Positions 27,592 to 40,204 of a DNA stretch of 64,000 bases are shown here, one piece after another. The notes below the pieces were generated by a model. That model did no database searches. It had not been told where the DNA came from and was given only the letters and a program-made list of their open reading frames with translations. A program made the position numbers and the translations under genes. Origin of the DNA: Eledone cirrhosa (Eukaryota); contig OZ024744.1 of assembly GCA_964016885.1 (NCBI GenBank), forward strand, positions 136,214,001-136,278,000, written 5' to 3'. Within the stretch, counting starts at the first letter, position 1. Each line of letters starts with the position of its first letter.

Positions 27592-28628
27592 TTTAATATT
27601 TTTTTAAGGCAACGCTTGTAATAACTCTAGTTAAACAGGATATATATTAATAATAAATTATCGTTGTAATGTAATTAGATTATGTAATTGTTATTATAAA
27701 TTATCTAATAAATATTAGTGTAAGATGTATAAAAATATTTTCAGACTTTTAATATAAACAACTACAAAAAACAATCAATATTAAATCAATATATTATACA
27801 TAATAGAAAACATAAAATATACAATACAAAAACAAAATATTTACATACATTTGCAATTATCAGTGTATATACATTTTCTTTATATTCCCTGAGCAAATTA
27901 ATAAGATTTGTTTTTATTGTACATAATTTGATGACTTGTTGGAGTGTATTAAAAGATAGCAACAATTTGTGATTAAATTGTTATCTTAAGCAACTCACTT
28001 TTTAATAGTTGTTGGCTGAGCGAAATTGTAAAAGCCTATGAGCAAATATAAAAAAAAATACACAAACAACATTTCCTTGTGTTATTACAACATTAGATAA
28101 AATAATTGAGCAATGTCGTTATATTTTGCTCTTATTGCACATTAATAGTGTTTCTATTTTTCGGCACAAATCCATTACGGCAGTCCATTACTGGTACTTT
28201 ATTTTATCGAATTAGTAAGTATGAAAGTCGAAGTTAACCTCGGCAGGATTTGAACTTAGAATGCAAAGGACCATAACAATACTGCAAAGCATGGTGTCTG
28301 ACGCTCTACCAATACTTGTGTTGAGCTGGTCATTAATTTATGGTGGTCGTGCGTGAAGTAGAGCAATCGCTAGTTGAAATATTATGAACAAAACATTTTT
28401 ATTTGCCGAAGAACATATTTTCAATACTGTTTGTGAATGTGACGAAGGAAATACATTCTGATATGGAACAGTGTACAAAGTGTGTCTGTGAATAACATAA
28501 TGTTACCTCATGTTGTTGTCAAGACATAATGGATTTCGTTTATCCAGTTAGAAGATGGAACCTAGCCATCTCGGATTAGTTATATTTCATGCCATGTGTA
28601 AACGTGTTTGAGGATAGCAAAATATGCG
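27592..28628 (+). repeat. ~1-kb segment duplicated in inverted orientation at 48925-49964
   Basis: For example, 27592 tttaatattttttt...aaggcaacgcttg versus 49938 caagcgttgccttaaaaaaatattaaa; 28560-28625 versus 48925-48995. Confidence 0.9.
28188..28320 (-). mobile_element. tRNA-derived SINE fragment with Meta-like domain (mirror copy at ~49240-49370, +)
   Basis: B-box gttcaaatcc followed by gccgaggttaact...cgataaaataaagtaccagt; matches 56716-56930. Confidence 0.6.
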
Positions 28629-28706
28629 CGTTAATTATAATAATTAGTTAATAATATTACAAAATATACCTAATTAAACTCTTTGCTTGAAATTTTATCA
28701 TTCTTC

Positions 28707-28799
<93 letters not shown>

Positions 28800-29189
28800 T
28801 CTAGTCCTTCGCTCAAGATTAATCTATAAGTTTAGATGTTTGCCTTCGTTTAAGTAAATATTACAGTAAGATTTTTAATATAAACAACTACAAAAAACAA
28901 TTAATATTAAAACGAAAAAATTATCAATGATAAAAGAAGCGGATGCAACTTTTTTTTTTATAAAGTTATATTCCTGTTTCTTTAAAGAACATTTCATTTT
29001 TGTTCTATTGTAGGCGAAATAATGCAATGGTTTAATAGGGAAGATATAACTTACGAATTATGTCTCTAACCGTGTAATGCTTTTTAAGTAGATAACTACA
29101 ATTGAAAATACTAAAGAAATGGAACCAACAATTCAATTTGAAAGTCGTCTAGTGACAGTGTATTACTGGTACTTTATTTTATCGACCCC

Positions 29190-30200
29190 GTAACGATGAA
29201 AGGCAAAAATGCAAATGCTTAAAATTTAAATTGCCTTAATTCTATCGTCTGCTGTTTCATTAAAGGGAGATTATCGTCTGTATTTAATTCTATCGTCTAC
29301 TGTTCCACTAAACAGATATACCTCCACTATCGTCTCTATTTATACATTTTAACTTATAACTTATACACATTTGATTTGAAATATTTTATCTAGTCCCCCC
29401 TCTCAATATTATGATGATTTCTTTCGAATGAAACAGTTCTAGTCCTGTAGAAGCCATTTATATATATAATTGAACTGAGTTAAAAATTCACAATATTTAT
29501 AATTAAATAAGCTCATATATATATGTGTGTATTTATCTGTTTATTGTATTATATATAATGTGTGTATATACAGGATGTCCCCCCAAAATATATACACACT
29601 TCAACAGCATTCTAATAACTATTGCCTGTACAGGTAATCAAAGTGTCAATCGAATGTTAGTTTCGTGTTTTAACAGTACAAATTTACAATACACACATAA
29701 AACCAGTGTATATACATACATGAATGTGTATACACATACATGAATGTGTATATACAATATATATGTATATATATATAGACACATATATTCACGGTGCAAC
29801 GGTACATTAAAATATAGATGCGGGAGAGGGGGGTGTATATATAGGGGCGCTGGGGATAAAGGAGTGTAAAGCGTGTGTAATTGATATATTGAAGGAGAGG
29901 AGCGTGCAGCGATAGAGTAACAAATATATAGAGAGGGGGAGAGATGGTATTGAAGGGGAGGAGTGCAAAGCGAAAGAGTAAGAGATATATATAGAGACGG
30001 AACAGATAGAGAGAAACAGGCGTAAGTAACAGTGGAAGAGATATAGAGAGAGGTACTCTGATTGGTTGAAAATTAGCCAATGACATACGATCACCACCAC
30101 CACGGCTATCCCCGAAAATTTTTTAAAGAAGCTAGGCATATATGTTAGAACACGAAAAGTGAACATTCTGTGTTTCACACTTTTCGTGTTCTAACAGATA
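29190..30200 (-). repeat. Right arm of the ~1-kb inverted duplication (cassette C)
   Basis: Reverse complement of 25508-26623 with one internal indel. Confidence 0.9.
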
Positions 30201-30314
30201 CGTTGTAACGTCACTGGTGCCAAGCTGTATCAGCCATTGCCTTTCTCTAGTGTATAATATATACTGTATATAGTATATATATACTGTACACAGTGTATAT
30301 ATATATATATGTAT

Positions 30315-31495
30315 ATCATCATCATCATCACTGTTTTACGTCCCTTCTTCCACGGTAGTATGGGTTAGACAGATTGTCCTGTTGTGGGCAGTGCCAGGTG
30401 GGGTGACCTTGTCTTGCTCAGATGGGAACCGATTTTGGCTTGATTTCTACAGCTGAATGCCCTTCCTAACACCAACCTCACAGTGAGTGATGGGTGCTTT
30501 TTTGTTGTGACACCTTCACGGCCACTTTACAGGGGGGGGGGGGGGGGCGTATTGTCTATGTGTTTCGGCTTGTACCCAGGGGCTACAACACAACCTCCTC
30601 TGCTGCACACAGCATTTGATTCCTCTTATGCTCAGTCTCTCTCTCAATTTGTTAATGCTTTACCGTTCGCGTATATTACTATTACACATCCATTGGAGCA
30701 TGCAAGTTTCGTTTCTTTCTAATCTACGCAAGTCTTCTACAGATAGCGCCCAGGTCTCACTACCATGTAACATTGCTGTTCGTATGCACGCATCATACTG
30801 TCTGCCTTTCATTTTGAGGGAAAAGCCTTTTGCAGCTAGCAGTGGCAGTAGCTCCCTGAACATCTTCAATCCCGTTGTTACCCTGGTTACTGTACTTTCA
30901 GAACACCCATCTCCGCTGCTTATTCGGTCACCTAGGTAGCAAAAGCTGTCTATTGTTTCTACAGAGCTCTCCCAGAGTTTGGTGGTGCTTGTTTCTTTAG
31001 TTCTGCCATAGATTCAGCTATAAGTGTAAGATCATCCACATATAGGAGTTCCTATGGGCATCAGGTCTTAAACTCCTCTGTTATAGCCTGCAATACTATT
31101 ATAAACAGGAGAAGGTTAAGAACAGAGCCCTGGTAGACACCGACTTGTATGCTAAATTGCTCGCTATAGTAATTGTTAAGCCTAACTTTACTAACATTTC
31201 CCTATACATGGCTTGTAGAGCTTTCACAAGCCACTAATCTACTCCTAGTTTTCTAAGAGCCCACCAGATTATAGCACGGAGCACTCTGTTGAAGACTTTT
31301 TCCATATCGACAAGAGCCAGGTAGAGCGGCTTACTTTTAACTAGGTTATTTTCCTGTAACTGCCTCACAAGGAAGAGGGCATCAGTGGTCCTTTTTCCTG
31401 GCACAAGCCCAAACTGCATCTCATCTAGTTTTACCCAGTCCCTGATCAACTGTGCTATGACTCTTTCCATTACTTTCATGACCTGGTCCATCATG
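30315..31495 (-). mobile_element. Degraded RTE LINE (RT and C-terminal pieces, tail)
   Basis: MDQVMKV...EMQFG...LVDMEKVFNRV, HGSETW; (GAT)n tail at 30315; internal deletions. Confidence 0.85.
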
Positions 31496-31787
31496 ACTGG
31501 CCCTCAGCATACGTCAATATCTTTTCACTCTCGCATGTCTATAATTTCTCCTTCCCTTCCTTTCATTGTGCTTATGTTGATGCTGCCAACTCAGAGTTTT
31601 GGACATTTGCCATCATTTGTGGGAGAGGGTGAATTTTTGCAGGGGAGTGTGTAAGCTTCCTGTCTCTGACTTAAAGCTTCGCATGGGTGTTTGGTAACTC
31701 GCGGATTCATATTCATTTATTTATTCGGGGTTGTTCCATTTATCTTTCGCTCCTCCATACATAACAGTAAACAATAATTCTTTGGTG

Positions 31788-32034
31788 CAGGGCTAGAAGG
31801 ACAGTAGTAGTAATGGCAGAGTTTGTTGGGGCTGGTAAGGGCTAGAAGGACAGTAGTACTAATGGCAGAGTTTGTTGGGGCTGGTAAGGGCTAGAAGGAC
31901 AGTAGTACTAATGGCAGAGTTTGTTGGGGCTGGTAAGGGCTAGAAGGACAGTAGTACTAATGGCAGAGTTTGTTGGGGCTGGTAAGGGCTAGAAGGACAG
32001 TAGTAGTAATGGCAGAGTTTGTTGGGGCTGGTAA
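31788..32034. repeat. 49-bp minisatellite, 5 copies
   Basis: gggctagaaggacagtagtactaatggcagagtttgttggggctggtaa in tandem. Confidence 0.93.
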
Positions 32035-32561
32035 TGTGTAAGGACATGTTGCTGAGGTTTGATTGGTCAGATAGCCTATGGTGGTGAGTGGGAAATTGTG
32101 AGATAGGTAGCCATCTTGACATATATCATCACAGCAGATTCGGGGGAAATAAGCAGATATAAGTAGGCATATTAGACAAGGCAAGTATGCAAGAACTTCG
32201 AAGATGGTCACCTAGCTTCGTAAACACCGAAATGAATGAGTGAGAGAAAGGGGAGGTAATGGTGGGGGTTAGGGATGAGTTTGTAGAGAAAGAGACAATG
32301 TCCAACATGGTTTATATCAAAAACAAGGTTGAAGTATATACGTTGTGGAAACAAGTGAATGATAATAATAATAATGTAAACAGAACATTTTGAAACTGGG
32401 GAAGAGAGATAGCTGTAGAATAGAAATAATCTATGGATGTCTGGGATATAAGTTATATATATATATGTTGTGATGTCACTGGTGTCAAGCTGTGTCAGCC
32501 ATTGCCTTTCCCTTGAACAACATATATAGTGTATAATATATATTGTACACAGTGTATATAT

Positions 32562-32707
32562 ATCATCATCATCATCGTTTTACGTCCGCTTTTCCCTGCT
32601 TGCAAGGGTGGGACGGGTCTTATTCAGCAGAGCATCTCTCCACTCGTCACGGTCTCTCGTCATCTCCGCCGTGAGCTTCAATGATCTGAGGTTTGTTCTC
32701 ACCACCT
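32562..32707 (-). mobile_element. Short RTE 3' fragment (family of 55200-55771)
   Basis: Tail cgtcccacccttgcaagcagggaaaagcggacgtaaaacgatgatg on the minus strand. Confidence 0.75.
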
Positions 32708-32809
32708 GTTGTGATGTCACTGGTGCCAAGCTATATCAGCCATTACATTTCCCTTGGACAACATATATAGTGTATGATAGATATTGTACACAGTGTATAT
32801 ATATATATA

Positions 32810-33894
32810 CTAGACATGAAAAATGCGCAAGCTCAAAAGTGCCACAGAATGTTATAATAAACCTTCAAAAGTGTGGGACTAGAGTTGTTGCTAAAAAATA
32901 TTGTAATCATTATATATCGTACATCTGTGGCATCCTTTACTAGACATGAAAAATGCGCAAGCTCAAAAGTGCCACAGAATGTTATAATAAACCTTCAAAA
33001 GTGTGGGACTAGAGTTGTTGCTAAAAAATATTGTAATCATTATATATCGTACATTCTGTGGCATCCTTTATAAAAATAGCTTAAACCAACGAAGCCTTTA
33101 TTTTTACGCTATTTCACTTAGTTAATTCTTAGAGTGTAACATATAAAAATATGATTTACAACTATAAAATAAATTAATTAATATAATAACAGAGCTGCGG
33201 AGCTGAAATTTAGGAAATAATGGAGTATCGGATCCTGAGTTGGAGCCAGTCAATTTTTGGCCGACTCCGCAGCCCTGTATAATACATTTCATATTAAAGT
33301 TATTAATAAACCTATTTTACACTTCATGCAAATTACCACGAGATATTGATATTAGATATAAGATACAGCGCAATATCTACAGCTGTAAAAGTACGAAAGC
33401 GAAGTAATAATAAGTGGCTTAAGGTAATTCCAATATGAAAGTTTGTAGTGATAAAAATTTGATAATGCAATACGATTGTTAATATTATAGTTCTATGAAA
33501 ATGTAACAATAGATAACTAAATTATTTTACTATTAGTATATTTAAGAAATTATCATTATAGATTTGATCGTTCATATAAGCATCATATTAAGTTTCAACA
33601 CAATTATTTTGTTACTATGAGTATATGATAATAATATTACGTAATTATTTATAGCTGTTATTACATTAAACATAGATGTATTTATTTTTATATGTTACAC
33701 TCTAAGAATTAACTAAGTGAAATAGCGTAAAAATAAAGGCTTCGTTGGTTTAAGCTATTTTTATAAAGGATGCCACAGAATGTACGATATATAATGATTA
33801 CAATATTTTTTAGCAACAACTCTAGTCCCACACTTTTGAAGGTTTATTATAACATTCTGTGGCACTTTTGAGCTTGCGCATTTTTCATGTCTAG
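32810..33894 (+). mobile_element. Long-TIR MITE copy 2 (32940-33894), preceded by a tandem partial TIR (32810-32939)
   Basis: Same TIRs and interior as 26638-27591; TA on the outer flanks. Confidence 0.88.
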
Positions 33895-33929
33895 TACATA
33901 CATGCACACATATATATATGTACGTATGG

Positions 33930-35030
33930 ATTCACCGAACATTTATTATAATGCTCGGTGTGTTTGTAAACAAACATCCCGTATTAAGCCGTAGTGTCCA
34001 GCAACCATCGTTGCTCGTTTGTTCAACACCGACAAAGGAATGCTGTACTAGTTTCAAGCTTATTAGCTATCGTCAGCAACGTATACCTTCCTGCCAGATT
34101 GTTGAACGTATATACTTACCTTATGCATATTAACGGCTGAGCAGCCCAATTTGCATATCGAGTGGGTTAATCGGCCGGGTGCACCGAAAACGATAAACGG
34201 AAAAAATGAAACGAAATTTCATTTCCCACTCTTAGTACGGCTGTTACTTAAATATAAAGAACTAGAAATTTTAATTCAAATGCTATATCTAATAGGAAAT
34301 GGCTTCTTAAGGACAAGAACTCATTAATTCGTAGTAAATAGTATTATGAATGCAATATTTAATACAGAAACGTCTTCTACAGGACTAAAACTCTTTAATT
34401 TCTAACTGTGTACATATATGCGTATATATGTAACTGTCTATGTGTAACGAGGCGTATTGGAGCAATGTGAAGTGAAGGGTCTTGCTCAAGAACACATTTT
34501 GTGGAGTTATATCATCATTTCTTGTCATAAAACTACTTATACAACCGGCGTAACAGTCGCTATAGGTGAAAGATGTAGAAATAAAAGGCTGTAGCAGCGA
34601 TATAAATATAGATGTAGTAGTTTTAACACGACCAAGAATTAATGTTTAATGGAATTAAGTGTAATTTAATAGGAAATAAGACGCTAGAACAGCGAAATGT
34701 TTACATAAAATAAGAGAACGACAAACAAGATGGCGACAGATAAACTTTTGTTTTTTTTCTCCATATAAAACTTATTTTAAGCACGATTTGCCTTGCTGCC
34801 CGCATTGCTCAGTCAGTAGCAGCCCCGCTTACGAACCCCAGGCGACTATGACTTTACATAGTTCGAATCTCAGCCTCTCCGCTGTTCTCGAGTTATCTCC
34901 TACTCTTTTTACTTGGTTCCAGGTCACTGCAAAAGAGTAAAGAGGGCGCGGCGATCGGCTTTGAGGTGGAGTGGTGAGAGACGACGATACAAGGAAGGAG
35001 CAAAAATAAAGAGAGATAGACAGATAAATA
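33930..35030. promoter_or_regulatory. Possible promoter / first-exon region
   Basis: Non-repetitive and locally CpG-richer. YY1-like CAAGATGGCG at 34726-34735, octamer ATTTGCAT at ~34149, strong minus-strand donor AAG|GTAAGT at 34120. Confidence 0.25.
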
Positions 35031-35059
35031 AGAGTCACACTCTTCCCCTCTTTATATTT

Positions 35060-35832
35060 TGATGTCTCTGGCCTGGCAATGCTACAGAAGGGCTCTGTCC
35101 GTTCGAGAAATGCTCTATAGACACGGGCGCCCGGGTAGGGACCCCCCGAAAAAGATCTGTCCCAGATGCGTGTTCGACGAGGAAACCGGTGCCCACGCAT
35201 TGGTACACTGCTCGGACATTGCCGATCTGTGGGGCTATGTCGAACAACTGCTGTCAAGGGTGGGACCGATCCGGTTGACCACCGAGTCTACTGTAACGAT
35301 CAAGCCGCCTCCCCTCTTTAAAAACGAAGAAGAGGCGGTGTTTCTGTGCGTAATAACCATGGCGAAAGAGGTTGTATGGTGGACGCGTCTGAAAGGACTG
35401 AGGTCAGACACCTTTCTCTCTGGCCAACAACTGGTCCGTTTCTTCCGATATCATTTCGGAAGAAGGATCAGGATGGAGAGAGAGGTGCTGCACCCCAGCC
35501 GTTTTTATGAAAGATGGGTGAAAGTGGCGAGAATGGCCCGTGTGAATGGGCCTTCACTCTACATCAGACTATAGGTGAGGAAGATGAAAGACCAAGGGAG
35601 CACCCCTTCTCTGTGCTCCTGAGGAAAAGGGTTGCACACTTTTTTTCGGGGGTGTGTGCGACCCCCCAAGGCGCCTCCTCTCTATTGAGGATTTTGTTAT
35701 AAATTTTATTGTTATATTTTATTTTATTTTTATATTTTGTTATTGCCTCCTCCTTATTGAGGACGCCTTGTTTTGTAAACTCCCCCCATTGTACTTGTCC
35801 CACTTTTGATGCCCTGGTGGCAAATAAAAGAA
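35060..35832 (+). mobile_element. 3' fragment of an L1/Tx1-clade LINE (C-terminal zinc knuckle plus 3' UTR)
   Basis: ORF 35059-35574 has CPRC-x8-H-x4-C (CPRCVFDEETGAHALVHC...LW), zf-RVT-like; AATAAA and an A-rich end at ~35823. Confidence 0.75.
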
Positions 35833-35834
35833 AC

Positions 35835-36150
35835 ATATCTATCTCGTCCTTCTCCTCCTCTCTTTACATCTTTTACTCTATCTACCACGTATTTCTCACC
35901 CTCTCTTTATATCTATTGCTCTATCTACCTCTTCGTTCTCCCCCTCTCTTTACATCTATAACTCTTTCTCCCTCTTATTTCTCCCCCTCTCTTTAAATCT
36001 ATTACTCTATATACCTCATATTTCTCCCTCTCTCTTAATATCTATTAATCTTATTCCCTCTTATTTCTTCCCCTCTCTTTACATCTATTACTCTATCAAC
36101 CTCTTAGTTCTCTCCCTCTCTTTACTTCTATTACTCTATCCTCCTCTTAT
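35835..36150. repeat. Degenerate pyrimidine-rich ~41-bp minisatellite
   Basis: Repeats of ctctttacatctattactctatctacctcttatttctcccc-like units. Confidence 0.75.
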
Positions 36151-36529
36151 GAGAGTACAAAATTACTTCCTTTAAATTTTTTTATTTTCAAAATCATACA
36201 TTTATTAGATTTTCAGAATTTCAACATAATCTTTACAATAGGATTAAAAAGAATATATATTAAACACTGGTAAAAAAGAAAACATTCTACGTTGGAGACT
36301 ATGTTAGTGCAAAACATGGCGGTACACATGTATTGAGGTTCGTAATATTTTATTTTACTAATTTTTCGATGTTAATTTGTAATTTATAATTTAATTTTCT
36401 TTGAAAGTTTCCGCACAAAATATAATTTATAATATCTCTTGTTGAGAAAATGACAAAATTATATTTTTGAATGATGCCATTACGGTAATATAAATGTTTG
36501 ATTGTTTGGTCTGTCAAGTGATGATTGTG

Positions 36530-36594
<65 letters not shown>

Positions 36595-36686
36595 TATATA
36601 GTAATAATAATAAATTTGAAGACTAAAATCCAAAGAGGGCTCGATAAGGATAAATATATATCAAATATATATGAACCATAGAGCAA

Positions 36687-36815
36687 ATATTTATTAAAAT
36701 AACAGATTAAAGTTTAAGCAAAGAATCGCTGCTTTCACCCTTAACGGGATCTTCTGAAACTCCCGTTAAGGGTGAAAGCAGCGATTCTTTGCTTAAACTT
36801 TAATCTGTTATTTTA

Positions 36816-36823
<8 letters not shown>
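36687..36823. repeat. Perfect palindrome: 63-bp arms, 11-nt loop
   Basis: 36687-36749 is the reverse complement of 36761-36823. Confidence 0.93.
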
Positions 36824-36854
<31 letters not shown>

Positions 36855-37094
36855 TGTAATAATATATTATTTCATTTACTAGTGGTTTCTTGAAAGCAAC
36901 CAAAATTGCTTTCATTCATCAGAATGAAAACATCCTGGTGTCTTTATTGACTGGATTTGAACAACAAAATTATAACAGGGGGGGGGGGGGGCAATAAATA
37001 AGAATATATAACACACGCGTACACACACTCACATATATACATATATATATACACATATACACGCACATATACACACATACATGTATGTATATAT

Positions 37095-39780
37095 ATCATC
37101 ATCATCTTACGTCCATCTTCCACGCTAGCATGGGTTAGACGGGAGTTGTCCCACTTGAGGCAAGGTTGGTCGGGTGACCATGTCTCGCTCATATAGGACT
37201 ATCTGTCAGGTTTTCTACGGCTGGATGCTCTTCCTAACACCAACCACATTTACAGTGTGGACTGGGAACTTTTTACCATGTTACCTACACGACTACATTA
37301 CAGTGTGGGCTGTGTGTTTTGTCGTGACACCTACATGATCTCGATCTCATTATCTCATTTATTTGGACTGGATGTTGTGGTACCAACTTTATAGAGAGAG
37401 GGTGGTGTTGGTGGGAGGATAGGGTAGGGGTAGTGGATTGGGGGTGTATATTTGGTTAAGAGGTGCCTACTGACTGTAGGTTTCACTTTGTATTTAGGCA
37501 AGGTGGGTCTTCTCTGTTACTGTGTAGCGCCAAAGATCTCGGTCCAGTGACATTGTCTTGGAGAGGTGTAAGTGTGTGAGGTCGGAATTTATCAAGTCGT
37601 CCCAGGTTTTTCTGGGTCTGCCTCCTCCGTGGTTACCATCAATTTTTATTGCTATGCACTTTTTTATACAGTCTTTATACGTCTTTCATGCGCATCGCGT
37701 GACCGTACCAACGTAGTCTTCTCTCGAGTAAACAACATCTGATCCCTCTTATTCCTAATTTCTCTCTTAGTTCGTTTATGCTTTGCCGTTCACGTATATT
37801 ACTATTACACATCCAGCGGAGCATGCAAGCTTCGTTCCTCTCCAGTCTGCGTATATCCTCTGCACACAATGCCCAGGTCTCACTGCCATGTAACATTGCT
37901 GTTCGTATGCAGGCATCATATAATCTGCCTTTCACTTTTAGGGAGAACCCTCTAGCGGCTAATAGTGGTATAAGCTCTCTGAACTTTTTCCATCCAGTTC
38001 TGACTCTAGCTACTGTACTTTCAGAGCACCCTCCACCACTGCTGATTTTGTCACCCAGGTAACGGAAGGTGTCCACTATTTCTATAGAACCAACTGTGCA
38101 ATGGAATGAGCTAGTATCCTGTGGGCACTTGCTGATACTTATTGCACCAGAACAACGGCCACATATAAAATCTATGTTCTTAGCTTACCTGTGATCCCAC
38201 TACATCTTTTATGCACCCATACTTTGCATTTGGGACATAAAATGGAGTTTCTGCCTACTCCTTTCCTACACACTGAGCATGGCCATTTCCCTGAGGGCAC
38301 CTGTGCCCTATTTTCCTTTCTACAAACTAGAACTTTAGTCTTAGACAAGTTAACTTTAAGGCCTTTTGATTCTAGGCCATGCTTCCATGTTTGGAATTTC
38401 TTCTCTAGTTCAGCCATTGATTCCGCTATGAGTGTTAGATCATCAGCGTATAGAAGTTCCCATGGGCAGCCGGTCTTGAACTCCTTTGTTATAGCCTGAA
38501 GGACAATAATAAATAGTAGGGGGCTAAGAACAGAGCCTTGATGAACGCCAACTTTTACACTAAATTCTTCACAATATTCATTGTTAATTCTAACCTTGCT
38601 GATTGTTTCATTATACATGGCTTGTATGGCTCTCACAAGCCATTCATCTACACCTAGTTTTCTAAGAGCGCACCAGATAATGGGGTGGGGGACTCTGTCA
38701 AACGCTTTCTCCAGGTCTACAAAAGCTAAGTAGAGGGGTTTACTTTTAGCTAGGTACTTCTCTTGTAGTTGTCGTACAAGGAAAAGAGCGTCTGTGGTAC
38801 TTTTACCCGACACAAACCCAAACTAGATCAATTCACTCTCTGATTTGTTGTGCTATAACTCTTTCTGTGAACTTCATGACCTGGTCAACTAACTTAATGC
38901 CTCTATAGTTTCCCCCTATCAAGAGCATCCCATTTACCCTTGTAGCAATTAATGATGCTGCTACACCAGTCTTTCGGTATGACTCCATTCTGTATTACTT
39001 GGTTAACTATACGGGTGACCGTAGTGTGTCCCACCATACCAGATGCCTTCAACATCTCAGCAACTATCTCCGAAGGCCCAGCTGCCTAGCCTGTCTTTAT
39101 ATCTTTGATTGTCTTACTTATTATACTACCTTTAACTTGCACCGCTGGTCCTTCTATTGGATTGATTTGGGGCAGACAAGTGTACTTTGCAAAAAGGGTA
39201 GCAGAGGATAGAAAGTTCAAGCATCTTCTACAACGTGAGGTGTTCAGGATTGCTAGACAATGCGTCAAGGAAAACCGTGATATTGTTGGGGAGAAGTGTG
39301 TCCGTAATGATAATGGTGTACTTGCCCTCACTTATACTGATAAGAAGATAGCCTGGAAGTGTCACTACGAGTCCTGACCACTTGATAGTTCTCTCTAATT
39401 CCCCCATCCTGCCATACTTTCCAAGCCTGCTTTTTGGCCTTGATTGTCTCCTCCACCTTACTGTTCCACCACCAAGTTACTCTCCTCCTGCCAATAGGTC
39501 TGATCCAGCCACAGACTTCATCCGTTGCTTTCAGCAGGTTCACTTTCAAGAATTGCCACTGTTCCTCTATATCGCACGTCTCTAATTGCTCTTCCTTATT
39601 GTTAAAGGCATCAAGTAATAAGCTTTTAAATTTGTCACTGGCCATGGGGTCCTTCAACTTCCATATTCTTCTCCTCAATGTAGGCCTCTTCTGTTGTCGA
39701 GTACGTCTATTCCTGACTATGAGGTCACTAACCACTAGGCTATGTTGGGCGGTGCATTCTTCACGGGGGAGGGATTTAGT
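37095..39780 (-). mobile_element. 5'-truncated RTE LINE with frameshifts and an internal ~200-bp inversion
   Basis: RT motifs FVDLEKAFD, HQGSVLSP, LYADD; PHD-like finger; tail at 37095; 39170-39372 reads on the + strand. Confidence 0.9.
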
Positions 39781-39804
39781 ATATATATCCATACATAAAA
39801 ACAC

Positions 39805-39863
<59 letters not shown>

Positions 39864-39865
39864 CA

Positions 39866-40204
39866 GGCATGTGGCTTAGTGGTTAGAGCATTGGCCTTGC
39901 AATCGAAAGGTTGTGAGTTCAATTCTCAGACTGGGTGATGTGTTGTTTCCTTGAGCAAGACACTTTATTTCACATTGCTCCAGTTTACTCAGCTGTAGAA
40001 ATGAGAGGATAGGGACTTAGGTCCCTATCATTCCACTGCAAAGTGGTCATGGAGGTACCACGGCAAAAAAGCACCCAGCACTCACTGTAAATGAGGTTGG
40101 TGTTAGGAAGGGCATCCAGCTGTAGAAATCAAACCAGAATCAGTTCCCGTCCCACCCTTGCAAGCAGGGAAAAAGCGGATGTAAAATGAAATGATGATGA
40201 TGAT
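39866..40204 (+). mobile_element. tRNA-derived CORE-SINE with RTE-type 3' tail
   Basis: A box TGGCTTAGTGG, B box GAGTTCAATTC, CORE-like ccttgagcaagacacttta, hairpin gatagggac-N4-gtccctatc, RTE 3' UTR and (GAT)n. Confidence 0.85.

Noticed and set aside
31560-32220. Possible Penelope remnant around the 49-bp minisatellite (minus-strand CLLLCMEE-like motif)
   Set aside because: Too degraded; a single weak motif is insufficient without a profile search.
34112-34125. ATACTTACCT resembling the U1 snRNA 5' end
   Set aside because: Downstream sequence does not match U1; it is better read as a minus-strand splice donor.
39866-39940. tRNA genes at SINE heads (also 45194, 56716, 57590)
   Set aside because: A/B boxes are present but there is no complete cloverleaf, and they run on into CORE/Meta domains and LINE tails, so they are SINEs.
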